A program made the position numbers and the translations under genes. The notes beneath the pieces are model-generated. The model worked only from the letters and a program-made list of their open reading frames with translations. It made no database searches and was not told the DNA's origin. Shown in pieces: positions 17,543 to 27,448 of a DNA stretch of 64,000 bases; positions within the stretch are counted from its first letter, which is position 1, and the number at the start of each line of letters is the position of its first letter. The stretch is from a virus. The stretch lies in the IMG/VR virus record IMGVR_UViG_3300010885_026736, positions 5,087-69,086 of that record, one strand, 5' to 3'.

Positions 17543-17749
17543 CTACATCCTCGGCCGATGCTGTTCCCAGAGAGCGTCAACTTCGTTCTTGTAGCCAAGC
17601 TGACGGAGCTGGGTGCTCTCTAGCTCAATAGCAGACTTATCAGCGAAGCCACGGCGATTGACCCCTGGGTCATCAGAGTACACGTAGTACCAATCATGTT
17701 GCCTAAGACGAGTTTCAAGAGCCGCAAGGCGAGTTTCAACTTCGGTCAT
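17543..17749 (-). CDS. early hypothetical protein
   Basis: HDWYY.YSDD motif; follows a cassette copy. Confidence 0.65.
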   Translation of the reverse strand: MTEVETRLAALETRLRQHDWYYVYSDDPGVNRRGFADKSAIELESTQLRQLGYKNEVDALWEQHRPRM

Positions 17750-17808
17750 TTGACTTTCCTGTTTCGTTGTCATAATTCATAATAGCATAGCTGGAATTAA
17801 TGTCAAGC
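17747..17808 (-). promoter_or_regulatory. early promoter/RBS cassette copy
   Basis: TTGACA-TTAATTCCAGCTA-TGCTATTAT-GAATT-ATGACAACGAAACAGGAAAGTCAAATG. Confidence 0.8.
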
Positions 17809-17994
17809 AGACTTTTTAGCGGCGTTCAATTTAGCTTTAGATTCTTCATACGTCCGCACCACGATCTCGGCTTGTGCAGTCACCACCTTCTTATGTTCTT
17901 CGCTAAGAGAAGACCACTGGCGGCCACTAGGGCCATGCTCAAAGGCAGCCTCTGCGGCTGCCAAGATCGCTTGCTTGTTGATACGCATTGCCAT
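17803..17994 (-). CDS. hypothetical protein
   Basis: GAGGTG SD downstream of the ATPase. Confidence 0.5.
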   Translation of the reverse strand: MAMRINKQAILAAAEAAFEHGPSGRQWSSLSEEHKKVVTAQAEIVVRTYEESKAKLNAAKKSA

Positions 17995-18005
17995 CAGAGC
18001 ACCTC

Positions 18006-18884
18006 TTAGCGGCAGCAGGTGACGCGAGCGATCTTTTCCCAACGGGAGCTGCTCATCTTACGGATGCCAGCAACCTTGAGAGCCATCCGCAGGGACAGTT
18101 CCCGCATTGAGTCTTGGTTGTCATCAATGAACCGGATCACGTCTTCTTGACCCAGCTTATCGAGACCTTCTTGAGCCAGGAGACCCTTGCTCAGGACCTG
18201 ACGGATCCGAACCAGGTAGTCACGCTTGGTCTTCATCGCCAGATCAATGTAGTGAGCACGGCTGATCATAGCGTTGAGGTGAGGAGCCAACTTGTGACCC
18301 TTGCTGATCATAGCATCAAAGTCGTAGTTGGTGATGAAGATGATGGTACCCTTGAACTCAAAGCTCTTAGGCAGCTTAGTAGCCGTATCTTCATCATAGA
18401 GCGAACCCTCAGTCATGTAAGACACCCGACGAACCTTGCTGCTGTCACAAGCAGCCTTGAGCAGGTTCAGCGAAGTGTCATCAAAGAAGATCGTGTCGGC
18501 ATCGTCAAACACCAGGACCTTACCTTCTTCAGCATGCTGGTAGAGCAGCTTGAACAGGGCAGTCGCCTTGACGTAGCCCTTCACGATAGTGTGGTTGATC
18601 TCAGAAGGATCCCACTGCCGAAGGGTTTCTTCAACGGTGAAGGACTTGCCTAGACCAGCAGGACCAGAAACGATAACCGCACGGGCATCTCCGTAGAGAG
18701 CAGCGTTGGTCATCTCCTCGAGGATCTCAAAGCGATCAGCGATACGCTCTTCGATCTCAGCGTCAGTTTCATACTTAGTTACCATAGCAGAATCAAGAAC
18801 CTCCTTGATCTTTGCCACTTTGGCGTGAGAAGCAGTCGAAGCGGAACGGTTACGAAAACCAGCAGCAGGGACTCCACGAGGCAT
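18006..18884 (-). CDS. early AAA+ ATPase
   Basis: GPAGLGKS Walker A, VLVFDDAD Walker B, IIFITN, A..SR; promoter at 18916-18949. Confidence 0.85.
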   Translation of the reverse strand: MPRGVPAAGFRNRSASTASHAKVAKIKEVLDSAMVTKYETDAEIEERIADRFEILEEMTNAALYGDARAVIVSGPAGLGKSFTVEETLRQWDPSEINHTIVKGYVKATALFKLLYQHAEEGKVLVFDDADTIFFDDTSLNLLKAACDSSKVRRVSYMTEGSLYDEDTATKLPKSFEFKGTIIFITNYDFDAMISKGHKLAPHLNAMISRAHYIDLAMKTKRDYLVRIRQVLSKGLLAQEGLDKLGQEDVIRFIDDNQDSMRELSLRMALKVAGIRKMSSSRWEKIARVTCCR

Positions 18885-18915
18885 TTCTATTTCCTTTGTT
18901 GTGTTCAATTGATAA

Positions 18916-18949
18916 TTTATAATAGCACAGCTGCTATTAATGTCAAGCG
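18916..18949 (-). promoter_or_regulatory. early promoter (cassette core)
   Basis: TTGACA-TTAATAGCAGCTG-TGCTATTAT. Confidence 0.75.
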
Positions 18950-18958
18950 GATTTTTCG

Positions 18959-19126
18959 TCAGTCGAAAAAATTTCCGGAGACCCATTCAAACTGGTTCTC
19001 ACCACGTTCAAACCAAGCACCGCTATGAGGATGGAAGTACTTGTTAGCTTCAGCCATAGCAAGGTGGCGTTCCGAAGAGCTAAAGTTGTAATTGACACCT
19101 TGATACCGGAAGGTAAAGTAAGTCAT
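18959..19126 (-). CDS. early hypothetical protein
   Basis: Follows a cassette copy. Confidence 0.55.
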   Translation of the reverse strand: MTYFTFRYQGVNYNFSSSERHLAMAEANKYFHPHSGAWFERGENQFEWVSGNFFD

Positions 19127-19186
19127 TTGTGTTTCCTTTTTCATTTCCATAATTCATAATAGCATATATGGAATTAAACGCAACCG
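19124..19186 (-). promoter_or_regulatory. early promoter/RBS cassette copy
   Basis: TTGCGT-TTAATTCCATATA-TGCTATTAT-GAATT-ATGGAAATGAAAAAGGAAACACAAATG. Confidence 0.8.
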
Positions 19187-19187
19187 G

Positions 19188-19661
19188 TCACATGCGAAAT
19201 TTCAATGGTTTTAAAAACTTTGTATCCTTGGGATATTTCCAGTATTTAATGCCATTATTTCCAACAGGCTTATTGCTGGTCCCGCCGATTGGATTACGCA
19301 GAACACTCATAGGCAAATAATAGATATCACCATTAGTAGCATCAACAAATGCTAAGACAAGATCATATCCAAATTCCAATGAAAGATTAATATAATCAGT
19401 AACTGCATCACAATCAGCATTTAATGTATCAAAAGATTTATATTTTGTCTTAGCTTCAAAGAAATAATTCTTACCTTCATATTGAATTAAATAGTCCGGC
19501 AGACGTTTTCCATTATGCCTATACGTATCCTTTGAATAATATTCATGTGTTGATTGAATAGTATTAGATGTACCTTCAAATTTTCCCGTGTAATAAGCAT
19601 ACAAATATGCCTGGCCAACATCACCCTTTAACTTTGCAGATGAAGTTTCAAATTTATGCAT
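19188..19661 (-). CDS. putative PD-(D/E)XK endonuclease
   Basis: LPDY...FFEAKTK motif; AT-rich. Confidence 0.55.
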   Translation of the reverse strand: MHKFETSSAKLKGDVGQAYLYAYYTGKFEGTSNTIQSTHEYYSKDTYRHNGKRLPDYLIQYEGKNYFFEAKTKYKSFDTLNADCDAVTDYINLSLEFGYDLVLAFVDATNGDIYYLPMSVLRNPIGGTSNKPVGNNGIKYWKYPKDTKFLKPLKFRM

Positions 19662-19932
19662 AGCGAGTATAGTGCCTTTTCCATTTCGACCCGACAACAC
19701 CAAGCCCATCGCCAGACAGGTACATATCGTAAAACATTTTCATAATAGCGATAGATGATTTTTTAGATTTGATGTTATATTCAAGGCGCACAAATTTTTG
19801 CCCATCATTTTTTTTGACGGCATTTTTATGTTCAGAATGATCATGAAGGATTTGCATTGCATAATTTTGAGCATCAGGAAGCGTCATATATTGAATGGAC
19901 GCAATCATTTCAGGAGTCAAATTAAGTTTCAT
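19654..19932 (-). CDS. hypothetical protein
   Basis: GAGGAG SD; TTGACA/TATTAT promoter upstream; LSGDGLGV motif. Confidence 0.6.
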   Translation of the reverse strand: MKLNLTPEMIASIQYMTLPDAQNYAMQILHDHSEHKNAVKKNDGQKFVRLEYNIKSKKSSIAIMKMFYDMYLSGDGLGVVGSKWKRHYTRYA

Positions 19933-19969
19933 GTTTATCTCCTCATTTCTTATTTTAATAATAAGTCAA

Positions 19970-20158
19970 TCAGAAATTAATGTCAACCGCTATGAGGGAA
20001 AAGAATGCAGGGGTATGGCCGTCGAAGCCACCCCCTGCGTTAAGGTTCATGCATACTGCTTTGATCTCTTGCTCATTAGCTGAGCCGTGTATCAACCTAT
20101 GGGTAGTCGTCTCGTAAACGTACCAAAGACCATTGAGGGTCTTGATCTTATATATCAC
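19970..20158 (-). CDS. conserved small protein downstream of g41
   Basis: LN.GGGFDG.TP.FF motif. Confidence 0.6.
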   Translation of the reverse strand: MIYKIKTLNGLWYVYETTTHRLIHGSANEQEIKAVCMNLNAGGGFDGHTPAFFSLIAVDINF

Positions 20159-21588
20159 GATAGCTTTAGGCTAGAAAAATCTTTCTTACCTGCTTTCTTA
20201 GTAGTAAATCGCATCTGCTCTTCTTCCTGATACCTTTCACCGAAGGACGAATTGTCCATTACGGGCTTGTTATATTTAGGCCCATCAATGATATCGTCTT
20301 GTGCAGATTGTTCTACATCATAGAACTTCATCTTAGCTCTATTAACTCCAATAACAAACTTTCTGTTGTTACCTGGATCATCATATCTATTCTTAAGTTG
20401 CTTGACTAGAATCTGTCCGAGGTCTTGTAGTTCCTCAGTAGAGATCAATGCAAACATGAAGTCAGCAGTTGCAGGCAAAGCAAACGACTCAGACGTGTTA
20501 TCTAATCCGATATCAGATGAGTTGTAGGCATCACGATTGCTCTGTGTTGCTGAGATGATGGGAACTTCAAACTCAACAGCAAGTCCTCGCAGTTCTTCTG
20601 CAATTGACTTGATATAAAGATAACTATTAACTGATCCACCCATCTTCATTCTAGATGATGCACAGATATTCAAGTAGTCAATATAGATGATGTCTGGTTT
20701 GAAGTCTTTCTTGATTCTGAGCTCTTGAATTAGGTGTCTGAAGTGTGCAGACCCTGCAGCAGCTGTTGGGTATTCTTTGATGATTAGTCGACCACGGGTC
20801 TTTCCTTTGATCTTATCAATCTTCTTTTCAAAAGAATCCTTAGGCAGATCCTTCAATTCATCAATCGTAATATTCATCAAGTTAGCATCAATACGTTCTG
20901 CAATACGTTCTTCAGACATTTCCATTGTAATGTAAAGAACGTTCTTTCCCATAGTAAGATTATTTGCAGCACAGTGAGTCATGAACATTGTCTTACCGAC
21001 ACCTGTTGATGCCAGAATGATGTTTAGAGTCTTCTTTGACAACCCACCCTTAGTGATCTTGTTGAAGTATTCCAGGTCAAACTCAATCTTCTCTTCTCGC
21101 ATGTGATAGTAATCATAACGAGAGTCAGCATCTGCAATAAAGTCATGCCCAATATTTGTATCAAAAGAAACACTAAGAGCCTCTGTCAGAATCTGTGGAA
21201 TAGAACCTTTGTTACGCTTCTCATCTTTCTTATCAATGATCTTGATTGAATCCATGATAGCATTATACACTGCTTTTTCTTGACAAAACTTTTCTGTATT
21301 GTCTAGCAACCAATCAATAGAAGTTGAAGGATCTGCTTCTAGTGAATTGACTTGATCTATACAACCTGTATATTCATCAGTGCTGATATTACTCAGACCC
21401 TGGATATCAGATATGATGGATTGCTTAGATGGAATCTTGTAATAGGTTTTGACATGATTGTCAATTAGTTCAAAGAGGATCTTATTAGTTCTAGTTTGAA
21501 AGTATTCTGTCTTTAGAAAAGGGATTACTTTTCTGCTGTATTCTTCATTGAAAAGAAGATGCGAAAAGATTACTTCTTCTATAGCCAT
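20155..21588 (-). CDS. 41: DNA primase-helicase gp41
   Basis: ASTGVGKT, YITMEMSEE, IYIDYLNIC, SATQSNR, ESFALPATAD, KQLKNRY. Confidence 0.97.
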   Translation of the reverse strand: MAIEEVIFSHLLFNEEYSRKVIPFLKTEYFQTRTNKILFELIDNHVKTYYKIPSKQSIISDIQGLSNISTDEYTGCIDQVNSLEADPSTSIDWLLDNTEKFCQEKAVYNAIMDSIKIIDKKDEKRNKGSIPQILTEALSVSFDTNIGHDFIADADSRYDYYHMREEKIEFDLEYFNKITKGGLSKKTLNIILASTGVGKTMFMTHCAANNLTMGKNVLYITMEMSEERIAERIDANLMNITIDELKDLPKDSFEKKIDKIKGKTRGRLIIKEYPTAAAGSAHFRHLIQELRIKKDFKPDIIYIDYLNICASSRMKMGGSVNSYLYIKSIAEELRGLAVEFEVPIISATQSNRDAYNSSDIGLDNTSESFALPATADFMFALISTEELQDLGQILVKQLKNRYDDPGNNRKFVIGVNRAKMKFYDVEQSAQDDIIDGPKYNKPVMDNSSFGERYQEEEQMRFTTKKAGKKDFSSLKLS

Positions 21589-22646
21589 TACTCATCACCA
21601 TAAATGTTGTTTAGTTCTTCATCTGTTACAATTGCACCAGATGTAATTAAATACTTGTGCTCAATAAATTCTCTAAATGTCTTTGATTTAAGAATAGGCA
21701 ACCAGAACTCCTTTTTATCAGTATCGGCAATACGATAATTCTTATCATACACCTCACCTGTTTCTTTGTCAACCTTCTGATACCAACCATTTTTTGGTTT
21801 GATTACATGACCAGACTCTAAAGCAATATCAAGTAGACCTGACCAGGGACTAATACCACCGGTGAATGAAACTTCAATAGGAATCTTTGACTTCTCTTTT
21901 ACATAACGTGATTTTTCTACATTGATGATAAAGTTATAACCGATAGTCTCTGTGCCTTCTTTTTCTTGCTGACGACCAATGATAAAGATGTTGTCTGCAG
22001 AATAGTAAGAACCTGTACCCCCACCGACAATAGCCTTTGGGTATAGACCCATTTCCATATAGATGTGATTAACTACAACTAGTGGAATGTCCTTGATGTT
22101 AAGGTGTGGTGTAATGATACGGAATAGAGACTTTAGTTGCTTTGCACGGGTCATGTCTGCAGCACCCTTGCCCTCTAGTGCATCATCTGCTTCTTTCTTA
22201 GAAGCAATATTGCCGATAGAGTCAATAACGATAATAACATGATCGCCACGACTAATAGTATTAAGTTGACTTACTATATCAAATTTAAGCTGTTCAATAT
22301 CAGTAATAGGTGTGTGTAATACTCGTGAAGTATCAATTCCAAATGTCTCAAAATACGCTTGAGGTGCTCCGAACTCAGAATCGTAGAATAGAAGTGCTGC
22401 ATCCTTATACTTTTCCATATATGCCTTTACCATCATCAGCGAGAACGCTGTCTTGAAATGCTTTGACGGGCCTGCAAACATTGTCATGCCAGGAACTAGT
22501 CCTCCATCAAGACGACCTGATAGGGCTACGTTCAACATAGGAACAGCAGTCGGAATCATATCCTTCTTCTCAAAGAACTTAGAATCTCTAAGGATTTCTG
22601 CTTCTTTGATTGTAGATGACTTTTGTAGTTTTTCTAGAATGCTCAT
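21588..22646 (-). CDS. uvsX: RecA-like recombinase UvsX
   Basis: GPSKHFKT, LFYDSEFG, DMTRAKQLKSLFR. Confidence 0.97.
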   Translation of the reverse strand: MSILEKLQKSSTIKEAEILRDSKFFEKKDMIPTAVPMLNVALSGRLDGGLVPGMTMFAGPSKHFKTAFSLMMVKAYMEKYKDAALLFYDSEFGAPQAYFETFGIDTSRVLHTPITDIEQLKFDIVSQLNTISRGDHVIIVIDSIGNIASKKEADDALEGKGAADMTRAKQLKSLFRIITPHLNIKDIPLVVVNHIYMEMGLYPKAIVGGGTGSYYSADNIFIIGRQQEKEGTETIGYNFIINVEKSRYVKEKSKIPIEVSFTGGISPWSGLLDIALESGHVIKPKNGWYQKVDKETGEVYDKNYRIADTDKKEFWLPILKSKTFREFIEHKYLITSGAIVTDEELNNIYGDE

Positions 22647-22655
22647 GTTGTTTCC

Positions 22656-23360
22656 TTAAATGATCTTATAAATTGCGTCTGATACAGTGGTATCAACTTT
22701 CTTATATCCAATAGGACCAAGCAGGTCTAGGATATCTGCCTCTAGTGTATTACCCGTCATGATTTTAGCATTATGTTTTAGACCGTCCTGCTTTACATGA
22801 TCAAAGTATGAAAGCCATCCAAGTTCACATGTGATTACAGGCTTGAACTTCTTTATAGTTTCAATAGCACCACGAAGAACATTTAGTTCATAATATTCAA
22901 CATCAAGCTGAAGAAACCCCAAGTCATCTAAATTTAGACTATCCAATGTGATCATCGGGATGATTTGATAGTTCTCATTGATAGTATTCATACCAACATT
23001 GTCTTCTCTGGGACGGTTGACTGTGATTAGCTTGTGCTCATGACCCAGTGCCATTTGTTGTTTGATAATATTGTCCTTCTGGCAGTTGTGTGTTAGACAA
23101 TAAAAGTTCAATGGATCGGGTTCAAATGTATAAACACGTGTAAACATATCAGATAGCAGCCTTGGGTATATACCTGTGAACCCGCCAGCTTGTACACATA
23201 CATTCCAGTTATCAACATACTTTAGGTACTTCTCTTTATGAGAATTTACCCAATCCTGGGTTACACCTTGAAAACCTTCACGATCATTTGAAGGCCATGC
23301 CCAATCTTTAACTCCATCAATTTCATAATCTATTGATACACACATCTTAGCATAATTCAT
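22656..23360 (-). CDS. FkbM-family methyltransferase
   Basis: VQAGG..G, TFEPD, LQLDVE.YE..VLRGA. Confidence 0.85.
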   Translation of the reverse strand: MNYAKMCVSIDYEIDGVKDWAWPSNDREGFQGVTQDWVNSHKEKYLKYVDNWNVCVQAGGFTGIYPRLLSDMFTRVYTFEPDPLNFYCLTHNCQKDNIIKQQMALGHEHKLITVNRPREDNVGMNTINENYQIIPMITLDSLNLDDLGFLQLDVEYYELNVLRGAIETIKKFKPVITCELGWLSYFDHVKQDGLKHNAKIMTGNTLEADILDLLGPIGYKKVDTTVSDAIYKII

Positions 23361-23364
23361 TATA

Positions 23365-23613
23365 TTATTTCCCTGCAATGGTAAGTAGGTTTTTACGAAA
23401 AGCCTCAATCTTTTCTTTACGATTTGGCCAATGGATCATATCCTTTTCAGGATTTTTTGCTAAGTTATCTAGTAATGGCATGATTGCATTTAACAGCTTG
23501 TCTACTGTATCATTAGCCTTATTAGTAACAATAGGTGCAACAATCTCATCTAATGTTGTTGATGTAAATCCAAAGTCATTTGTATCATCAATTTGTGTTG
23601 TTTGTTTAGCCAA
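23365..23613 (-). CDS. conserved small protein downstream of g43
   Basis: DFGF...PLL.NL.KNP.KD.I.WPNR motif; TTG start with GGAGG SD. Confidence 0.65.
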   Translation of the reverse strand: MAKQTTQIDDTNDFGFTSTTLDEIVAPIVTNKANDTVDKLLNAIMPLLDNLAKNPEKDMIHWPNRKEKIEAFRKNLLTIAGK

Positions 23614-26119
23614 AGAATGCCTCCAGTGTTGATCTCTTTTCAGGTGACCAAGAAATAACATCTAAGATAATACTTAGAGGATCAAGGAATGCTTTCTCAA
23701 ACTGCAGATCATAATCAATATATCTGTTGAGTTCAAATTCCTTGGGCAGTACATTAGGCACTGCAATAATATTTTCTCGGAGCGGGTTAGGTAGTTTTAA
23801 GTAACAGAACTTGACTTTTTCACCTTCTTGAATAATAGGATATCTCTTTGTCAAGCCATGCTGGTCCAGTAGATGATTGTAAATCAATGCTCCACGGACA
23901 TGAATAGGTGTTCCTTTTTTATATATGCCTTCCTTAGATCTATAATCTGCAAGGCCTCTACATCCTCTGGGGAATGCAACTTCTTCAAAGGGAAGATTAC
24001 GAAACTCAACACGGAAGTCTTGAATGAACTTCTGAAGTGTTGGCTCGTCTGTTTCCATGATGAGTTTCAGACCCTTCTTAATATTCTCCCGACAAGATGC
24101 AGGAGTAGATGACTTGACAGCTTCAATGCCCATCATCTTTAGTTTAGGTTCTGTGTAACGGATACCTTCATTGTCATACACGTTTAGAATGTAACGCTTC
24201 TTTGCTGTCCAAATACCTTTGTTAGCAATCGACTCACGCTTCATCTTCATGAAGTTTACATAGGCATTAGTATGTTGTGCCAGATCAGCAAAACAAGAAT
24301 CAATATATGGTTCTATTTTATTCTCACAAATCTTATCTACTATGCCTACTAGCTTCTCAATGTTTTGGCTTTGATAGGCATCAGGCATCAATTGGGAAAC
24401 CAAAGGACCTAGGTTCAAGTAGTTTGAATCTGTATCAACTGCAATGATGTAGTCCTTGTTACCCGTCTTTAGGGTCTTGTTAAAGTAGTCGTTAAGATTT
24501 GTTTCAATCCAGCGAATAACAAACTGACCTGTCAAAGTAATCGCTTCAGCAAACTCAATAGAGAAGTATCGGAAGTATTGATTTCCTAGTGCCCCATAAA
24601 GTGAGTTAAGAAGAATCTTACGAGCCATCTGCATGTTGTTGAAGCGTGCAATGTCATTGAACAGTTGCCTGGTCGGAGTCTTTTGATACTCCTTCTGAGC
24701 ATCCTGCATCTTCTTCTTATACAGCTTACGTTCAACCATCATCCTTTCGACAAGTGCAGGAAATGCTCCCTTTACACTTCTATCCCAAAGACAACTGTTA
24801 GCTGTAATGGCTACATCTTCTTTGTGTAGTTTGTTTTGGATATCATCATCACCGAAGGCGCCCTTTAGCAGATCATCAATAGGGAAGTCCTGCTTGATCT
24901 TTCCTGCATAGGTTTCTGGTGAGATGTTATACTGAACAATCAAAGAAGGATACAGGGAGTTGATATCAAATGATGTGACCCAGTTGTGTAGACCTACGAT
25001 AGGATCTTTAACATACGCACCTGAGAACTGCGCTGACTTTTCAGTAAACTTTCTAGGAGGAATAACAACCTTGTTTGCCATAAGGTAGTTATGAATGATA
25101 ACCTCCCAGGTTTTAACAGGGCTGAAGATGTCATCATAAGTGATCTTAGCATCATAAGCAATAGTCAATGCCTGGTCAATGAAGTTTAGTTTCTTGTCCA
25201 GCTTATCAACGAGTTCAACGTCTTTAATGTTGTAGTCAATAAATCTTTGATAATCTCGCTTATATAAGTCAAACAGATTGTCAAAATCGGAATAATCATT
25301 TTTGCCCTCGCCAATTTCAACTGAACAGATATGGTCTAGGCGATAGGATTCTTGATTGCTGTAAGTATACTTCTTGTATAGTTCTAGATAATCGAGAACG
25401 CAGATGCCACGAATGTTGTATATGTTTTGTGTCTTAGTTTGTAATCTAACTTCTTTATCATGAACCATACCCCATGGCGAGAGTTTCTTGACCCACTCTT
25501 TACCTAGTACACGCTCAATACGATTGATCAGGTAGGGAATATCAAAGAACTCAACGTTCCATCCTGTGATGACATCCAAGTCAAGCTTTTGCCATACATC
25601 AATAAACTTAGCAAGTAGTTGCTCTTCGTCTTTACACTTGATGTATGTTACACGTGGATCACTTTTAGTATAGTCGCCACAACCTAAAACTAATATAGCA
25701 TCTTTGACTTTGAGTGCAATTGCAGTAACTCTCTTGTCAGCCTTTTCAATACTCGGGAATCCAGAGTCGGACTCAACCTCGATATCAAGTGTGGCTACAT
25801 TGATCTTATCTCTGTCAAAAACAATTTCTCCAGGATATGCATCATTTAGATAACAATACAAGAAGGTTTCAAAGCCATGGATCTCCATGCCCGCAACATC
25901 TTTATAGTTGGTGATGAAGTCCTTTGCTTCACGAATATCACCAAAGGTAACCTTATCAACTGGCTTACCTGCTAGTGTACTATATTCTGCATTTTGTTTC
26001 TTTGAAGGGACAAAGAGATATGGGCGGTATTCAAGCCGATCTTTGAAGCGGCGGCCGTTTTCAATACCTCGGACAAATATGTGATTGCCTAACTGGAAAG
26101 CAGATGTGTAAAAATTCAT
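23606..26119 (-). CDS. 43: family B DNA polymerase gp43
   Basis: DIE, TGWN..FFD, SFDINSLYPS, KILLNSLYG, DTDS, KKRY; no intein or intron seen. Confidence 0.98.
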   Translation of the reverse strand: MNFYTSAFQLGNHIFVRGIENGRRFKDRLEYRPYLFVPSKKQNAEYSTLAGKPVDKVTFGDIREAKDFITNYKDVAGMEIHGFETFLYCYLNDAYPGEIVFDRDKINVATLDIEVESDSGFPSIEKADKRVTAIALKVKDAILVLGCGDYTKSDPRVTYIKCKDEEQLLAKFIDVWQKLDLDVITGWNVEFFDIPYLINRIERVLGKEWVKKLSPWGMVHDKEVRLQTKTQNIYNIRGICVLDYLELYKKYTYSNQESYRLDHICSVEIGEGKNDYSDFDNLFDLYKRDYQRFIDYNIKDVELVDKLDKKLNFIDQALTIAYDAKITYDDIFSPVKTWEVIIHNYLMANKVVIPPRKFTEKSAQFSGAYVKDPIVGLHNWVTSFDINSLYPSLIVQYNISPETYAGKIKQDFPIDDLLKGAFGDDDIQNKLHKEDVAITANSCLWDRSVKGAFPALVERMMVERKLYKKKMQDAQKEYQKTPTRQLFNDIARFNNMQMARKILLNSLYGALGNQYFRYFSIEFAEAITLTGQFVIRWIETNLNDYFNKTLKTGNKDYIIAVDTDSNYLNLGPLVSQLMPDAYQSQNIEKLVGIVDKICENKIEPYIDSCFADLAQHTNAYVNFMKMKRESIANKGIWTAKKRYILNVYDNEGIRYTEPKLKMMGIEAVKSSTPASCRENIKKGLKLIMETDEPTLQKFIQDFRVEFRNLPFEEVAFPRGCRGLADYRSKEGIYKKGTPIHVRGALIYNHLLDQHGLTKRYPIIQEGEKVKFCYLKLPNPLRENIIAVPNVLPKEFELNRYIDYDLQFEKAFLDPLSIILDVISWSPEKRSTLEAFFG

Positions 26120-26174
26120 GGCACCTCACTAGTAAAACATATTGCATAATAAGCGGTTTAGCAATTAATGTCAA

Positions 26175-26912
26175 CTAGTATAATGATAACATTGCATCAT
26201 TTTTCTTTTGTAGATAATCATTAAGCTTATCTAGATAGCCTTTATTTCTTAAATCTTTATATATAAGATTTTCCATACTGAACTCACCTGAACGTTGAAT
26301 GCCTGCGCCACGCATAGCATGCAGCTTTCCTTTTAACTTTTCAATTTCTGATGTATGTTCACCTGGCTCAGATAAAATTCGTTCTATCATATTCATGTAT
26401 TCTTCAATTTTTTTCAATAAAGCTTTATCTGTTATGAAGTCAGGATGTTTCTCATGCTTTGGTTTAGCTAGCCATTTACCTTTTTCTATAGAATACACAC
26501 CTTGAGATGTGGCAACTTTCTCTCTATAGTTTTGTGCGTATAGTTCTACAGGATATCCCATTACAGTTAAATTTGGGTGATAGTGAGCCCAAAGAATCTT
26601 TTTACTGAAAAGAAAGTCATCAAGAAGATCTCCCTGAATAGGAAGCTTAGACATATCAACCATAACATGAATATCTAAATCTGAATAAGGAGTATAATTG
26701 AAATTAGCATTACCTCCTGTTAGTACAATATCACGAATTGCTTCTTCAGGTATCTTGGCAAACTCTGCCCACATTTTTCCAATTTGTAATAATCTAGCTT
26801 GCACCTTTTTTTTCATGCTGCTATCAGTTTCCCATATCAGAGGATTTAGTACATCATGATATTCTAAAGACAAAGCAATGTCTTCTTTTATGAAAGAGGA
26901 AAGGCGCTTCAT
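26175..26912 (-). CDS. nucleotidyltransferase-fold protein with a CTS-like N-terminus
   Basis: TGGNANFNY...SDLDIH (GS/DxD-like) and PVELY motifs; MKRLSSFIKE start. Confidence 0.7.
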   Translation of the reverse strand: MKRLSSFIKEDIALSLEYHDVLNPLIWETDSSMKKKVQARLLQIGKMWAEFAKIPEEAIRDIVLTGGNANFNYTPYSDLDIHVMVDMSKLPIQGDLLDDFLFSKKILWAHYHPNLTVMGYPVELYAQNYREKVATSQGVYSIEKGKWLAKPKHEKHPDFITDKALLKKIEEYMNMIERILSEPGEHTSEIEKLKGKLHAMRGAGIQRSGEFSMENLIYKDLRNKGYLDKLNDYLQKKNDAMLSLY

Positions 26913-26920
26913 GATTACCC

Positions 26921-27403
26921 TTATTGATGTTTGAATGGATCATATGTTGCATCAGGATACCACACGCCCTTGAATAGGCGGTTCTGATCTGCAACGGCTA
27001 CACGCTGAACATGATCTAAATCTCTGAAGCTGTGATGTAATTGAGGGGTACCCCAATCGCCGCCCCATACTACTCCAACCTGATCTGCAAGTAATCCAAG
27101 TAGTGAGTAGTCACCTTTATAAGAAGGTTGGCCATGATCTAAGAATACGATATCAGCAGCTAACCCATAATGATGTACACCGACATCTTTTAGCTGGGTT
27201 AGCTTTTGATCAAATAATTTTTTTTGTCTTTCAGGACTTCTATATGTTTCAATCACCCGCATAGGCCTATTCTGTGCTTCTGCTGCAGCAAGTATTTTGT
27301 TTACTAAAACTCTAAATGTAGGCTCGAGCATATTGATATCATTAACAATATTAGTGCTACGAAACAAGGGACTCTTCTGAATAACTTCTGTATAAAAACT
27401 CAT
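26921..27403 (-). CDS. M15-family L-Ala-D-Glu peptidase (endolysin)
   Basis: ETYRS.ERQ..L, HHYGLAAD, WGGDW, D..H. Confidence 0.85.
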   Translation of the reverse strand: MSFYTEVIQKSPLFRSTNIVNDINMLEPTFRVLVNKILAAAEAQNRPMRVIETYRSPERQKKLFDQKLTQLKDVGVHHYGLAADIVFLDHGQPSYKGDYSLLGLLADQVGVVWGGDWGTPQLHHSFRDLDHVQRVAVADQNRLFKGVWYPDATYDPFKHQ

Positions 27404-27418
27404 GATGACCTCTGAAAT

Positions 27419-27448
27419 GAAAAGAGGGAGGATTGCTCCTCCCTCTCT
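27419..27448 (-). terminator. intrinsic terminator after hsp20
   Basis: AGAGGGAGGA-GCAA-TCCTCCCTCT followed by TTT. Confidence 0.7.

Noticed and set aside
23606-26119. Intein or intron in gp43 (also gp41 and gp17)
   Set aside because: Lengths and motif spacing are ordinary and no splicing motifs are visible
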